A DNA stretch of 64,000 nucleotides. Source: Candidatus Bathyarchaeota archaeon (GTDB taxonomy: Archaea > Thermoproteota > Bathyarchaeia > Bathyarchaeales > Bathycorpusculaceae). Within the stretch, counting starts at the first letter, position 1, and each line of letters opens with the position of its first letter. Positions 40,566-50,904 of this stretch are shown in pieces. Below the pieces are notes generated by a model. The model did no database searches. It saw nothing but the letters and a program-made list of their open reading frames with translations, and had not been told where the DNA came from. The stretch lies in contig CAWFFH010000006.1 of NCBI GenBank assembly GCA_963815095.1, forward strand, positions 128,001-192,000, read 5' to 3'. A program made the translations under genes and the position numbers.

Positions 40566-40688
40566 TAAGATGCCTTCTGGGTCGATGGGCAATGTTTTTA
40601 GTTGATTTAATTTTCTTCACTAAAAACGTTCCGACCTCTACCGTAGAATGCTAAGGTTTATACCAAGAAATATACGCTAAAGTGTTAG

Positions 40689-41726
40689 TTGGGAATAATT
40701 GTGACTGTCCATTTGTTGCCTTGGGATACTAGCCGTAACTTATTGGAGGAAACAAATCGCCTCTATGATGAAGCAGGAACCTTCGATTGTATACAGAAAG
40801 GGGATCTTGTAGCAGTTAAATTGCATGTGGGTGAATTAGGTAATCCGTATTATGTGCAGCCTTGTTTTGTTCACGATATAGTTCGCAGGGTAAAGGAGGT
40901 CGGCGGTAAACCTTTCTTAACTGACTCCAACACAGCTTATCATGCTCAACGAACCAATGCATACGATCATATGAGGACAGCTTTGATGAATGGATTTAAT
41001 ATGGCGCCGTTCATCGTTGCTGATGGGTTGAAGAGCGAAAACTTCCGCCTCGTAAAAACTAAAGGTGTTCTAAAGGAGATTGAAGTTTCAGGTGCCATAG
41101 CTGAGGCTGATGCTATGATTGTTGTATCGCATTGCAAGGGACATGAACTTAGCGGATTTGGAGGCGCTATAAAAAACTTGGGCATGGGTTGCACGCCGAG
41201 CGCTGGAAAGATTCGTCAGCACAAAACCGTTGGCTTAAAAATTGACACATCCAAATGTAGTGGTTGTGGCAAATGTAAGGAAACATGTCCGATGAACCTG
41301 CCGGAGATAATTGAGGGAAAAGCTCATAATACTTCGCCTTTGTGCATGTGTTGTCCAATGTGCATTGGAGCTTGCCCTATTGAAGCTATAAGTTTTGTTG
41401 ATAAGGGAAATCTGAGCAAGGCCTTAGCGTCAGCTGCTTTTGGCGTTCTGTCTACTTTTCAACCCAAAAAAGTCTCTTACGTAAGTTTTGCTAAAGACAT
41501 AGCGGAAGGCTGCGATTGCTTACCTAACCCAGGGCAAATAATTTTCAAAGATGTCGGTATCTTTGCTTCTAACTCGCCAGTTTCCATTGACGCCGCGTTT
41601 CTATCAATGATTGATTATAAAGTATTGAATGATTTATCCGAGGTAGATTGCATGTTACAAGTAAAAGAAGCAAAGCGCATCGGTATTGAAGGCGAGGTTA
41701 AGCCAAAAATAAATAAAATCATTTAG
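40689..41726 (+). CDS. DUF362 domain Fe-S protein with a ferredoxin insert
   Basis: VAVKLHVGE, PFLTD, SHCKGH..GFGGAIKNLGMGC, CSGCGKCKETCP, CDC. Confidence 0.9.
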   Translation: MGIIVTVHLLPWDTSRNLLEETNRLYDEAGTFDCIQKGDLVAVKLHVGELGNPYYVQPCFVHDIVRRVKEVGGKPFLTDSNTAYHAQRTNAYDHMRTALMNGFNMAPFIVADGLKSENFRLVKTKGVLKEIEVSGAIAEADAMIVVSHCKGHELSGFGGAIKNLGMGCTPSAGKIRQHKTVGLKIDTSKCSGCGKCKETCPMNLPEIIEGKAHNTSPLCMCCPMCIGACPIEAISFVDKGNLSKALASAAFGVLSTFQPKKVSYVSFAKDIAEGCDCLPNPGQIIFKDVGIFASNSPVSIDAAFLSMIDYKVLNDLSEVDCMLQVKEAKRIGIEGEVKPKINKII

Positions 41727-42501
41727 TCTTTTGAGTTTTTCTTTTTCTTCTCCGAATTAACATGTACCCCCCAAAAAGCAGGGCCAATGAAGCTACGACA
41801 GCCAGGAGAATGTAATGTGAAATACCCGCAACCTCTGCCCACTTACTTCCCAAATAGAAACCTACATAAATTAATAGACTGTTCCACAAGATGCATCCTG
41901 CAGTCGTAAGAACCAAAAACTTTGCCAAAGGCATTTTGGTGGCTCCTGCAGGGAACGATATTAGTGTTCTAATTCCCGGGATCAAGCGTGCAAGAAAAAT
42001 TGTGAGCGAGCCGTATTTGTTGAACCAATTTCCAGCAAAGGTCAATTGATCCATAGACAACAATGCTCTTCCCAACACTTTACGCTTCGTTAGCACCTCA
42101 ATACCTTTCAAGCCTATGTAATAATCAATCAATGAACCCATTATGGCGGCCACGGTTGCAACCGCTACTGTTACTATAAAGTTTAGTTGACCTTTGAAAA
42201 CCAAAAATCCCGAGAAAGGAAGAATTACTTCGCTGGGAACAGGTAATGAACTGGATTCCAAAAGCATTAAACCAAAAATTCCAAGATAGCCCCATGAAGA
42301 AACAGTGTCCTTCACGTTACCAGTAAAAGACATAATTGCGCGAACCAGTGGTCCGCTTGTTAGAGGGGCACCTTCGATGAATACGTCTTCTAAAAACTCA
42401 AACGAAACATAAACTGCAATAATGATGATTATTGTTGCAGCGATTATTTGCGGCGCTTTCCGTCTAAGGAACATGAACCTTGAATTTTGTGAAATAGTCA
42501 T
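41719..42501 (-). CDS. DedA family membrane protein
   Basis: LESSSLPVPSEVILPFSG, ARLIPGIRTLISFPAG. Confidence 0.93.
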   Translation of the reverse strand: MTISQNSRFMFLRRKAPQIIAATIIIIIAVYVSFEFLEDVFIEGAPLTSGPLVRAIMSFTGNVKDTVSSWGYLGIFGLMLLESSSLPVPSEVILPFSGFLVFKGQLNFIVTVAVATVAAIMGSLIDYYIGLKGIEVLTKRKVLGRALLSMDQLTFAGNWFNKYGSLTIFLARLIPGIRTLISFPAGATKMPLAKFLVLTTAGCILWNSLLIYVGFYLGSKWAEVAGISHYILLAVVASLALLFGGYMLIRRRKRKTQKTK

Positions 42502-42616
42502 CGGTTGAACTTTAATGCTGAACTTGGATTTATCTTAGCCTATGATAGTTTGATTTTCTAATATTTTTATAGGACCTCTTTCTTCCAGTTTGCGCATCAA
42601 ATAGGGGGCTTGTTTG

Positions 42617-42830
42617 ATGGAAATAATTGAAGGCATCCACCGAATTGATGAAGCCAGCAACAAACCTTGAACACGCTAACGTTTACTTAGTAATCAACGA
42701 AAAAGAAATAATGGTTATTGATACCGGAACAGCAGGAAACGCAAAAATGGATTGTTACCTTGACCGACGGGGAAGTCACCTTAAATATATCCAAGTTATG
42801 AACGAGCCTGAAGCCTCATCAACTTGGTAG
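42617..42830 (+). pseudogene. Frameshifted, truncated MBL-fold metallo-hydrolase remnant
   Basis: ATG 42617 gives MEIIEGIHRIDEASN, then a frame change to HANVYLVINEKEIMVIDTGTAGNAK; the HxHxDH motif and the rest of the fold are absent. Confidence 0.65.
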
Positions 42831-42925
42831 GTTGGTTCAAAAGTTACAGACGATTTACTACTGGAACCAAACGATCACTCATTAATAGCATAGAAGGCCG
42901 ATTTTTCCCAGTTTTTCGGCAAAGC

Positions 42926-43615
42926 TTAAGCGACCTTTTTTGATGTTCTTTCGACACCTGAAGCGGCCGTAGCCGACCCTCCTGATTCCGAAACACCAGC
43001 CGCGGCGCCGACGCCCTGAATAGTATTAGGTTGTCCTGTCAGAAATTTATAGGCATCAATAAGAGACGCCCGTGCATTCTGATGATTTAAGCAAACGCTG
43101 CGAGCACCAACATTGCTGCCGACCTCCGAAACGTTCAGTACTCTTAAAATTAAACTTACAGTTGCTCTCGTCGGATTCAAAGTTATATCAAAAGAATTCT
43201 CCTCAACATCAAAACTTACAAAACGCACTGCCACAGCCCTTTTAGCCCCCCACTTAAAAACGACAATAGGCATGCATGTCTGGCTACCTACTACTTGCGG
43301 CTGCATCATAAGTTCCAACATAGCCAATGCCGGATGGACACCTAGATCTGCTGAAGCTTGAATCTGAGACGGTAGATTAAGATCCATACTGTCAAGTTCA
43401 AAGGTTAAATTGAAAAACTCGGATGGGACGCTTTGTATGTTGGAGGATAAGTTTGCGGTGGTTTCTGATGGAAGGGGTTGGTTGAAGGTGTGGAGGAGTT
43501 TTTCCGGATTGTATTGGAAAGTAAAAAAGACGTTCTTTGAAGAAATAGTTGCGTCTTTTGCATCTGGGGCAAGCAGGATTAGGGTTCCTCTGTTGATACT
43601 GGGTTGGCTTGGCAA
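42926..43615 (-). CDS. Contractile injection system tube-initiator-like protein (Afp7/Pvc7-like CIS tube domain)
   Basis: FQYNPEKL, ELDSMD, GVHPALAMLE, FKWGAKR..VR, EENSFD..LNPTRATVSL.LRVL match the eCIS-associated family. Confidence 0.75.
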   Translation of the reverse strand: MPSQPSINRGTLILLAPDAKDATISSKNVFFTFQYNPEKLLHTFNQPLPSETTANLSSNIQSVPSEFFNLTFELDSMDLNLPSQIQASADLGVHPALAMLELMMQPQVVGSQTCMPIVVFKWGAKRAVAVRFVSFDVEENSFDITLNPTRATVSLILRVLNVSEVGSNVGARSVCLNHQNARASLIDAYKFLTGQPNTIQGVGAAAGVSESGGSATAASGVERTSKKVA

Positions 43616-43635
43616 CGTTTACCTACCTTGGCATT

Positions 43636-44133
43636 CTATGTTTCTTTGGGTTCAACCACGGCTGTGTCTCTTTCCCAGCCTTCATTCTCAATTGTTATGC
43701 TTTGTATGGCAACCGCGTTTATTCCCGCATCTAGTTCAGGCAAGGCAACGTACTCAGAAACCCAGCATCGGAAAACCTTGTAAGCTACACATGGAACTCC
43801 TGCCTCGTTGAGTAACTCAATTATTATATCTTTTCGGAAATTCTTAAGAGACATCGACCCGCTGTTTTTATTAAACACCATGTTTGCCCAATCCTCAAAT
43901 TCTTGGTCATGGGTTACGCCACGTTCTAGAATGATCGAGTCATAATGGGTTTTTCCTGGAGACTTTCGTTCAACATTTGTATCACCTCCATCGCGGTGAA
44001 GAATGACGTCCGTGGTGCGTTTGAGCGGACTCATCTTTGAGACGCCCGCAACAACTTTATTGTCCCATTTGACTCTGAACTTGAATTTTTTGTAAGGGTC
44101 AACTCGATGTGTGTTAACACTGAATTGTGGCAC
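43636..44133 (-). CDS. Phage T4 gp19-like / eCIS tail tube protein (Afp1/5-like)
   Basis: DPYKKFKFRVKWD, RKSPG, LERGVTHD.EFEDWAN, FRKDIIIEL.NEAG, RCWVSEY.ALPELDA, ENEGWERD. Confidence 0.92.
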   Translation of the reverse strand: MPQFSVNTHRVDPYKKFKFRVKWDNKVVAGVSKMSPLKRTTDVILHRDGGDTNVERKSPGKTHYDSIILERGVTHDQEFEDWANMVFNKNSGSMSLKNFRKDIIIELLNEAGVPCVAYKVFRCWVSEYVALPELDAGINAVAIQSITIENEGWERDTAVVEPKET

Positions 44134-44507
44134 TATTAATCAACCAACTCTCACTTTGTCGATTTAACTTATTTATGTTTGCGGTTGATTAAGAATTGAG
44201 ATTCAACTCATTTGCAATCAAAAATGCTTTGACCTGTTTCTTGAAGTTTTGATTGACTCCGATAACTTATCATATTTGCTCCATCACTCATTAGTTGAGA
44301 CATAAATTTTTAGGGTCAAGTAAGACATGATTTTCTGGAACTTACTTTTAAAATTAGTTTTTAGTTCCTTTTTTGTTTGGCTTCTTTTTGTGGTTTTTTT
44401 GGGTTTGGTTCCTGAAATGTTGTTGGACTTAATTTTCGCTAAACAAAGTTTATTAATAAACGAGACTCATGATTTTTAACAAGTGAGTTATCAGGGCAAC
44501 AATAAAC

Positions 44508-44738
44508 ATGCCAAACATCCCCAAAAAGTTACGATTCCTCATCCACGGCATAGGCTTAAGCAGCTTAGGCAGCGCCCTATTCCTACAAAGCACCGTATTC
44601 ACAAGCATCCTAAAAAACGGATATTTCAGAGGAATAGAAACAAACTCACTCATACTCTACTCCGAGATAGCGCTGACAGGTATTGCGATAACTTATTTTG
44701 GATACATCCTAGTTCGGTTCCTTTTTCCTAAAAATTAA
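44508..44738 (+). CDS. Small two-TM membrane protein
   Basis: Two hydrophobic helices around GYFRGIE; 76 aa. Confidence 0.6.
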   Translation: MPNIPKKLRFLIHGIGLSSLGSALFLQSTVFTSILKNGYFRGIETNSLILYSEIALTGIAITYFGYILVRFLFPKN

Positions 44739-44940
44739 TCAATTACGTTAGCTCGATTAATTTTTGCAGTTCAAGTTTTCTTGAAGGTTTTTCGACTACA
44801 AAGGTATAGATATCTTTTCTGTCGTTTAGTTCTCTCCAAAGTTACACATAATAAAATGCAAATTTGTTGGGTTTTGAGAAAAAGAACTGATTATTTAAAA
44901 ATGAAAAAAGGAAGTTTAGTTTTTCGGGGCAGGTATAGCG

Positions 44941-46416
44941 TTAGGGTTTGGTTGTTTGTTTTGTTTCTTTTTTTCTTCGTCTTCGCCTTGCCAGCAGCAG
45001 GAACGCTATGAGCAGGAGGATTAGGATGATTAGTGCTGATTCAGCTACGGTGTAGAGGCTTACGGTTTGATCCCAGTTTGCTGTCTCGGTGATGGGGTTA
45101 TTCATGGTAACATATGGTGTGTTATCAGTGCCGCTGTACGAGCCTAAACCGTTTCCAGCCCAGTTTGAGAAGGCATACTGTGTGCCATAGCTATCTGTGC
45201 TCTGTGAATCTACGTTAAAGTTTGCAGTTGCACCGGCATTGTACCAGCCTTGTCCCATGGGATTCCCGTAGGGCGAGTTAATAGCCAAATAATACTGTGT
45301 ACCGTATACTATAGTTTGGATTGTAACTGTTGGAACCTGAATTGTAGCTGAGTTACTTCCCTTGACTATGTATCTGGTTGTAGCATTTTGGCTTACTACG
45401 CTCCTTGTTGTCCATGAGTAATCTCCAGCTTGAATGCCGCTGAAAGTTACGGTTGATGTTGTTGTAGTTTTGGTTTGTCCGTTGAAGGTTATGCTCCATG
45501 ATTTTCCTAAGGGTAAGCCTTGTTCTTTGAAAGTTATTGTGTTGGTGGTTGTAGTTTCAGTAAGAGGTTTTGGTCTTGAACTTTGGGTTGAGATGGGGGT
45601 TGGTGATGGGGTTATTGTCTCGGTTGGAATTGGAGTGGGTGTTGGAGAATCGGTTAATGTTGGTTCCTGGCTTGGTGTAGGTGTTGGTGTCGGAGAATCG
45701 CTTGATATTGGACTTGGGCTGGGGGTTGGCGTTGGTGTAATTGTTGGTGCCGAAGTATCAATTGGTGTTGGTGAAGTTGTTGGTGTAGGTTCTTGTGTTG
45801 GGGGCACGGTGGGTTGGGGTGTTGGAGAAGTTACAGGAGTTGGCGTGGGGGTGGTGGTTGGTGTCGGTGTTGCAGTTGGAATTGGCGTTGGAGTTGGGGC
45901 TGAAGTTATGATTTGTTTAAAGAGAACAGTGTATATTTGGTAGTCTCTCCATGAGTTTTGATAGGCACTTATGATCCATTGATATTGGCCTGCAGCGCTA
46001 GGGTTTTGCAAGGTGAAGGTGACTGAAACAACTTGGTTGGTGCTCAGCCCTTCTCCATGTCCATGTAGATTTATCGTGCCGTTGCCAGTCAGGGTGGGTT
46101 GGGAGATTACTGTAGGTTTCCAGGTTTGTCCTGTTGGGGAGTTTGTAATTTTTAGTGATGAAGAAACCAAATTATTGTATCCCTTAGGAATTGTTAAATT
46201 TACAGAGATTATATTTGATGTGCCGGTGTTCGTTATCGTTATTGCATATTGAGCTGTTTGAGCTGTAATAGCATTGTCAGTTGTTACATTTGCTGTGCAT
46301 ATGAAACTAGATGTTGAACATGCTGAACTAAGCTGAACTGGGATTGCAATTGTCGGAACTAAGGCTATTATGAGGATGATTAATAGTGATGTTGATTTTT
46401 TATTGGTTAATTTCAT
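44941..46416 (-). CDS. Surface glycoprotein-like protein: signal peptide, beta domain, long Pro/Thr linker, thermopsin-like/Ig repeats, C-terminal TM anchor
   Basis: Signal peptide; about 110-aa (PT)n; [16 protein letters not shown]; QYYL...G.GWY; TM + RRRRRKK. Confidence 0.85.
   Translation of the reverse strand: MKLTNKKSTSLLIILIIALVPTIAIPVQLSSACSTSSFICTANVTTDNAITAQTAQYAITITNTGTSNIISVNLTIPKGYNNLVSSSLKITNSPTGQTWKPTVISQPTLTGNGTINLHGHGEGLSTNQVVSVTFTLQNPSAAGQYQWIISAYQNSWRDYQIYTVLFKQIITSAPTPTPIPTATPTPTTTPTPTPVTSPTPQPTVPPTQEPTPTTSPTPIDTSAPTITPTPTPSPSPISSDSPTPTPTPSQEPTLTDSPTPTPIPTETITPSPTPISTQSSRPKPLTETTTTNTITFKEQGLPLGKSWSITFNGQTKTTTTSTVTFSGIQAGDYSWTTRSVVSQNATTRYIVKGSNSATIQVPTVTIQTIVYGTQYYLAINSPYGNPMGQGWYNAGATANFNVDSQSTDSYGTQYAFSNWAGNGLGSYSGTDNTPYVTMNNPITETANWDQTVSLYTVAESALIILILLLIAFLLLARRRRRKKETKQTTKP
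45570..45902 (-). repeat. Pro/Thr-coding low-complexity repeat
   Basis: Tandem ggtgtt/ggagtt hexamers. Confidence 0.8.
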
Positions 46417-46648
46417 ATCAGGTTTCTTCCTATTTGAATATGTTATTATAAATCAACTTTCCATGCGATTGCTTATAACCATGCTTGGGATTTTGGCTAT
46501 ATATCGAATTTTAGAGTATTGTTGTTTTACAGTTCAGGATTTATATCTTAAATATTAATACTTATATAGCACGATACCAACTATGAATTCCAGTAAACAC
46601 TACGCTCAACTAACAATTCAACAGGCACTTAAGGAGCATTAAAACGAA

Positions 46649-47194
46649 ATGGTGAAACAAATCACTGTTGGAAAAATACAAGCATCTTACCTTACTGAAG
46701 AAGACATTGTTGAAACAGAAGAGTATTTTCAACAATCAGTAGTTATAAGCAGTAAACAAACCGAAAGTTTCAAAGAAACAACATCTCCACAGTTCAAAAA
46801 CACCGTTTCCATAGAACCTACATCCACCCGGGCCAATATTTCTGATGAGAAATTCAATCAATATCTGTTGCAAGCCATTGATGAAACTTTAGCTTCCCTG
46901 GGCGAAGTTGTTAAGAACGCGGTGTTTGAACATTTAGAAAACGATTTCCAAATAGCTAAAGGCGATATCCCCCAAAAGATTTGTGATTTTGCTAAGATTA
47001 TTCACAAGGTCTTTGGATTAGGTGCGGATCGATTGGAACTTAAGATTGTGAAAAATTTGAGTTCCAAGCTTCAAGTCGATGTTCAATTAACTGAGTATGA
47101 ATGGCCGCTCTCTAAGTGGATTGTTAGCGATGCGTCGTTTACAGATAATATTGAAGATTTACGCAGCAGCTACGCCAAAAAGAAGAATCTGTAA
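46649..47194 (+). CDS. DUF3227/NitrOD5-like helical domain protein
   Basis: LLQAIDETLASLGE....FEHLE..F.I...DIP.....F......FGLGA..LE..IVKNL. Confidence 0.65.
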   Translation: MVKQITVGKIQASYLTEEDIVETEEYFQQSVVISSKQTESFKETTSPQFKNTVSIEPTSTRANISDEKFNQYLLQAIDETLASLGEVVKNAVFEHLENDFQIAKGDIPQKICDFAKIIHKVFGLGADRLELKIVKNLSSKLQVDVQLTEYEWPLSKWIVSDASFTDNIEDLRSSYAKKKNL

Positions 47195-47317
47195 TTTTAC
47201 ATTTATTTTTTTATTGAAAGTTATTGGCTAATTTTTTGTTTGTAACTTGAGTATGTATTCAGGATTCATAATGCTTATGTGCTTTTTTGGAGCTACCTTT
47301 TAGCATTACGAGAGTTG

Positions 47318-49270
47318 ATGAATATTACCCAAAAGGCGAGTTCGATCAGTGGCATAATCTTATCCGATATTACAAGAGATGAAGAAAACTTTCAAGTCAT
47401 AGCTAACTCACTCAAGGACGCTGTAATCATAGTAGATGAAAAAGGTAAAATTTCATGCTGGAATTCTGCCTCTGAAAAAATGTTTGGATACAATAGCAAT
47501 GAAGCCATAGGCAAAAACGTGCATCAACTAATAGTTCCCAAAAGCATGTGCCTGGAAGCTAAAGACCGAATTAAAACTAGCATGGAAATCTTTGAAGATA
47601 CAGGAATGGGTTACTATGCTGTGGGAAATGTCGAGTTGGCTGGGTGCAGAAAAGATGGATCCGAAATTACAGTTGAGCTTACGATTTCTCCACTGAAAAT
47701 CTCAGGCAAATGGAACGCCGTTGGAATAATCAAAGACATTACACGTAGAAAACAGGCTGAGGATAAATTAAGAGAAGCCGAACAACGGTACCATGCGCTG
47801 TTTAATCAATCCCCTGCAGGGGTCCTAGTTGTTGACCCTAAGACCACTGGTTTTGTTGAATTTAACGATCTTGCGCATAACCAACTTGGGTACACAAGAG
47901 AAGAATTTGAAAAGCTTTCACTAACCGATATAGAAGTCAACAAGCCAGGCAAAATTAAGAAAAATGTCGCTGAATTATTGAAGGCTGGAGATGGAGAATT
48001 TGAGACAGAACATAAAACCAAAACATCAGAGACAAAAAATGTTCTGGTAACTACAAAGACCCTCAAACTAAAGGGCACAAAATATCTCCAGTGCATATTC
48101 CGTGACATTACCGAAATTAGACGCGTCCAAAAGAGTCTGGGTGAGAGTGAAGCTAAGTATCGACAATTAGTTGAACTCGCTCAAGAAGGCGTTTGGGTTC
48201 TATCAAAAGACTATGAAACAGTTTTTGTTAATCGTAGAATGACAGAAATGTTGGGTTACAGTAACAGTGAAATGACTGGAAAAACCCTGTTTGATTTTAT
48301 AGATAGCCGAGTAGTTCCTTTGGCGAAGGATTTCTTAGGAAAATATAAGTGTGGAGTTAGCGGAAATTTGGAGTATGAACTCACCAAAAAAGATGGCTCC
48401 CACATATACGCAAGTATTGCGGCATCTCAGATTACTGATGATAAAGGAGATTATTTGGGAACCCTTGCCCTCGTAGCCGATATTACGTTACGTAAAGATA
48501 TGGAAAACAAGTTAGAAAAGTATTCTAAGAATCTTGAAGAAATAATTGCCCAAAAGACCAAGGAATTAGAGAAAGCACAGGTTCAACTGTTAAAGTCTGA
48601 GCGATTAGCCGCGATAGGAGAGTTATCCGGCATGATTGGTCATGACTTACGCAACCCATTAACCGGGATAAAGAACGCAGCCTACTTCTTAAAAAGAAAG
48701 AATTCTAATTCGTCCCCACAAGAAAAAGAAATGATCGAAATAATAGATCGCTGCGTTGAGTATTCAAATAAAATAATAAATGACTTGCTCGATTTCTCAA
48801 GAGAAATCCGGTTAGACCTCAAAGAAACTTCATTACAAAAAATGATACCTGAAAGCTTAATGATGGCAAACATTCCAAGTAAGATTAATGTCATAAACGA
48901 TCAAATCAATACGACCAGATTTATGGCTGATGTCAATAAATTAACTCGCATCTTTGTTAATTTAATCAAAAATGCAGTAGACGCCATGCCAAATGGTGGC
49001 ACCTTGAGCATCAGTAGCGTAATAGAAGACGGCAGAGTAAAAATTCATTTCTCTGATACAGGTATGGGAATTTCAGAAGATGTTTTACCCAAGTTGTTTG
49101 CCCCATTGTTTACTACGAAAGCTCAGGGTATGGGATTTGGGCTAGCAATTTGCAAACGCATCGTTGAAGCACATGGAGGAACGATAACCGTTAAAACAGC
49201 CCTGGAAAAAGGAACAACCTTTACAGTAACTATTCCAATTGAAGCTAAACTTCAAAGCGGAGGTGACTAG
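47318..49270 (+). CDS. Cytoplasmic PAS-domain (x3) sensor histidine kinase
   Basis: Three PAS/PAC repeats; H box GHDLRNPL; N box NLIKNAVDAM; DTGMGI, LFTTK, GMGFGLAIC. Confidence 0.95.
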   Translation: MNITQKASSISGIILSDITRDEENFQVIANSLKDAVIIVDEKGKISCWNSASEKMFGYNSNEAIGKNVHQLIVPKSMCLEAKDRIKTSMEIFEDTGMGYYAVGNVELAGCRKDGSEITVELTISPLKISGKWNAVGIIKDITRRKQAEDKLREAEQRYHALFNQSPAGVLVVDPKTTGFVEFNDLAHNQLGYTREEFEKLSLTDIEVNKPGKIKKNVAELLKAGDGEFETEHKTKTSETKNVLVTTKTLKLKGTKYLQCIFRDITEIRRVQKSLGESEAKYRQLVELAQEGVWVLSKDYETVFVNRRMTEMLGYSNSEMTGKTLFDFIDSRVVPLAKDFLGKYKCGVSGNLEYELTKKDGSHIYASIAASQITDDKGDYLGTLALVADITLRKDMENKLEKYSKNLEEIIAQKTKELEKAQVQLLKSERLAAIGELSGMIGHDLRNPLTGIKNAAYFLKRKNSNSSPQEKEMIEIIDRCVEYSNKIINDLLDFSREIRLDLKETSLQKMIPESLMMANIPSKINVINDQINTTRFMADVNKLTRIFVNLIKNAVDAMPNGGTLSISSVIEDGRVKIHFSDTGMGISEDVLPKLFAPLFTTKAQGMGFGLAICKRIVEAHGGTITVKTALEKGTTFTVTIPIEAKLQSGGD

Positions 49271-49271
49271 T

Positions 49272-49724
49272 TTGGACCAAAAATACAAAATATTAATCGT
49301 TGACGATGATGAAACCATCAGATCTACTATGAAAGCAATCCTTGAAGATGAAGGATACAGCGTTGATAGCGCAGCTAACGGAAAAGAAGCAATCAAAAAG
49401 ACCCAAGAACAATCCTACAACTTAGCATTACTTGACATAAGATTACCCGACATGGAAGGCGTTGAATTACTAAAACTAATGAAGGAACCTATGCCTAGAA
49501 TGCGCAAAATCATGGTGACCGGATTCCCATCTCTACAGAATGCCGTTGAAGCAGTTAACAAAAATGCAGATGCATATTTGATTAAGCCTGTTGACGTAGA
49601 TAAATTACTTGCTACAGTGAAAGAGCAGCTTGCAAAACAAGAAGAAGATAAAAAATTCAGTGAACAAAAAGTCGCTGATTTCATTGAAAGTCGCGTCAAA
49701 GACATAACAGTGGACCAGGTTTAA
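49272..49724 (+). CDS. Single-domain response regulator with a short C-terminal helix
   Basis: ILIVDDD, LLDIRLPDMEG, MVTG, KP; TTG start after GGAGGTGA. Confidence 0.93.
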   Translation: MDQKYKILIVDDDETIRSTMKAILEDEGYSVDSAANGKEAIKKTQEQSYNLALLDIRLPDMEGVELLKLMKEPMPRMRKIMVTGFPSLQNAVEAVNKNADAYLIKPVDVDKLLATVKEQLAKQEEDKKFSEQKVADFIESRVKDITVDQV

Positions 49725-49928
49725 TAGAATCTATAGTTTTTTTCTATATTTACTTTTTTAATGAATTTAAATAATTTATATTAAATAATTTGTTGCTTTA
49801 ACCAAAAATATTCTTAAATATTGATTGATGATAAATATTTTGAATATTTTAAGTTTATATATCCAGTTAGCTGCATGTCTTAGTAAAGAATCGTTAAGGA
49901 ATAATAGAACTCACATGAAGGAAAACGA

Positions 49929-50402
49929 ATGAGTTTTACGATAACACAAGAAGAGTCCCTAATTCCATTAGCAAATAGCGCTGAGTCATATCTTTCTCAA
50001 AATCTTACTGAAAAAACCTATCAAAAAGGTGATAAACCAACGAATCAAACGCCCTCAGATAAATTTAACCATTTGTTGATTGAGTCTATTGATGAAGCGA
50101 TTATTTTATTAGGCGAACCCGTAAAGAACGAGTTTTATCTTCGCTTGGAAGTTAACTTCAACATGGAAAAAAACGACATCCCGCTAAGGCTGGAAGAATT
50201 CTCTTACATTTTGCAAAAGGTTTTTGGCTTTGGCGCAAGTCGACTCGAACTCAACTGCTTAAAAAATCTTGATTCAAAAATTCCAACCTGTACCAAATGT
50301 ATTGATGCTAATTGGTCAGTTTCTACGTGGATCGAACAAGAGAAGTCCTTCATTGGGATGATAAATACCAAACGAAAAGACTTTCTACTAAACATCAAGT
50401 AG
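49929..50402 (+). CDS. Second DUF3227/NitrOD5-like protein, paralogue of 46649-47194
   Basis: SDKFNHLLIESIDEA...LGE.VKN..Y.RLE..F......IP......VFGFGA.RLE...KNL aligns by eye with the upstream paralogue. Confidence 0.65.
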   Translation: MSFTITQEESLIPLANSAESYLSQNLTEKTYQKGDKPTNQTPSDKFNHLLIESIDEAIILLGEPVKNEFYLRLEVNFNMEKNDIPLRLEEFSYILQKVFGFGASRLELNCLKNLDSKIPTCTKCIDANWSVSTWIEQEKSFIGMINTKRKDFLLNIK

Positions 50403-50444
50403 CAACTTTTGCAGCATTTCCCAATTTAATTTAATTCTGGCCGA

Positions 50445-50753
50445 TTATTCCTTTTTGAGGCTTAGTTCTTCTTGGTTTTTTTGCTGGCGCCTCTGTTCGC
50501 AGCTGTCAAATATTTTTCCCCACTTTGTAGTGTTTAACCAATTGATTAAGGAAAACTGCAATATACCTCCAGCGGCGCTGGCGACTAACCAGGTTAAAGC
50601 TCCAAAAGTGCTGAAAGCAACCGCGAAAATGGCGGTTCCGACGAGGAAAACAATGAAACCGATAATGTTGAATTTAATGAAGGCGAAAAGCCACTTCTTT
50701 GCTCTTTCACCAAAACTCTTCTTAGTTTGCTTACCCATGCTCACCATACTCAA
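50445..50753 (-). CDS. Small membrane protein (GtrA-like half domain)
   Basis: FIKFNIIGFIVFLV...A..GGILQFSLIN; two TM helices. Confidence 0.55.
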   Translation of the reverse strand: MSMVSMGKQTKKSFGERAKKWLFAFIKFNIIGFIVFLVGTAIFAVAFSTFGALTWLVASAAGGILQFSLINWLNTTKWGKIFDSCEQRRQQKNQEELSLKKE

Positions 50754-50904
50754 AAACTTTATTCATATTATTTATTGCCCTATACTTATTTAAGTTCTCA
50801 ACAGGCTCGTTTTTTCTCATTTCAAGTCATCAACAGCGATTTAAAAAATTTCAACAATTATTGCAATTTTTATATCAGACATAATTAGGTAAGCTTCGCA
50901 AAAA

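Noticed and set aside
42926-44133. Prophage or provirus interpretation of the tail tube gene
   Set aside because: No capsid, terminase, portal, integrase or att-like repeats in the window; the sequences are of the eCIS type.
45434-45943. Val/Gly-repeat ORF on the + strand (likewise 57696-58019)
   Set aside because: Antisense shadow of Pro/Thr linker codons.
49725-49870. Very AT-rich tract considered as a replication origin
   Set aside because: No ORB-like repeats or adjacent cdc6/orc1; more simply a terminator plus promoter region.
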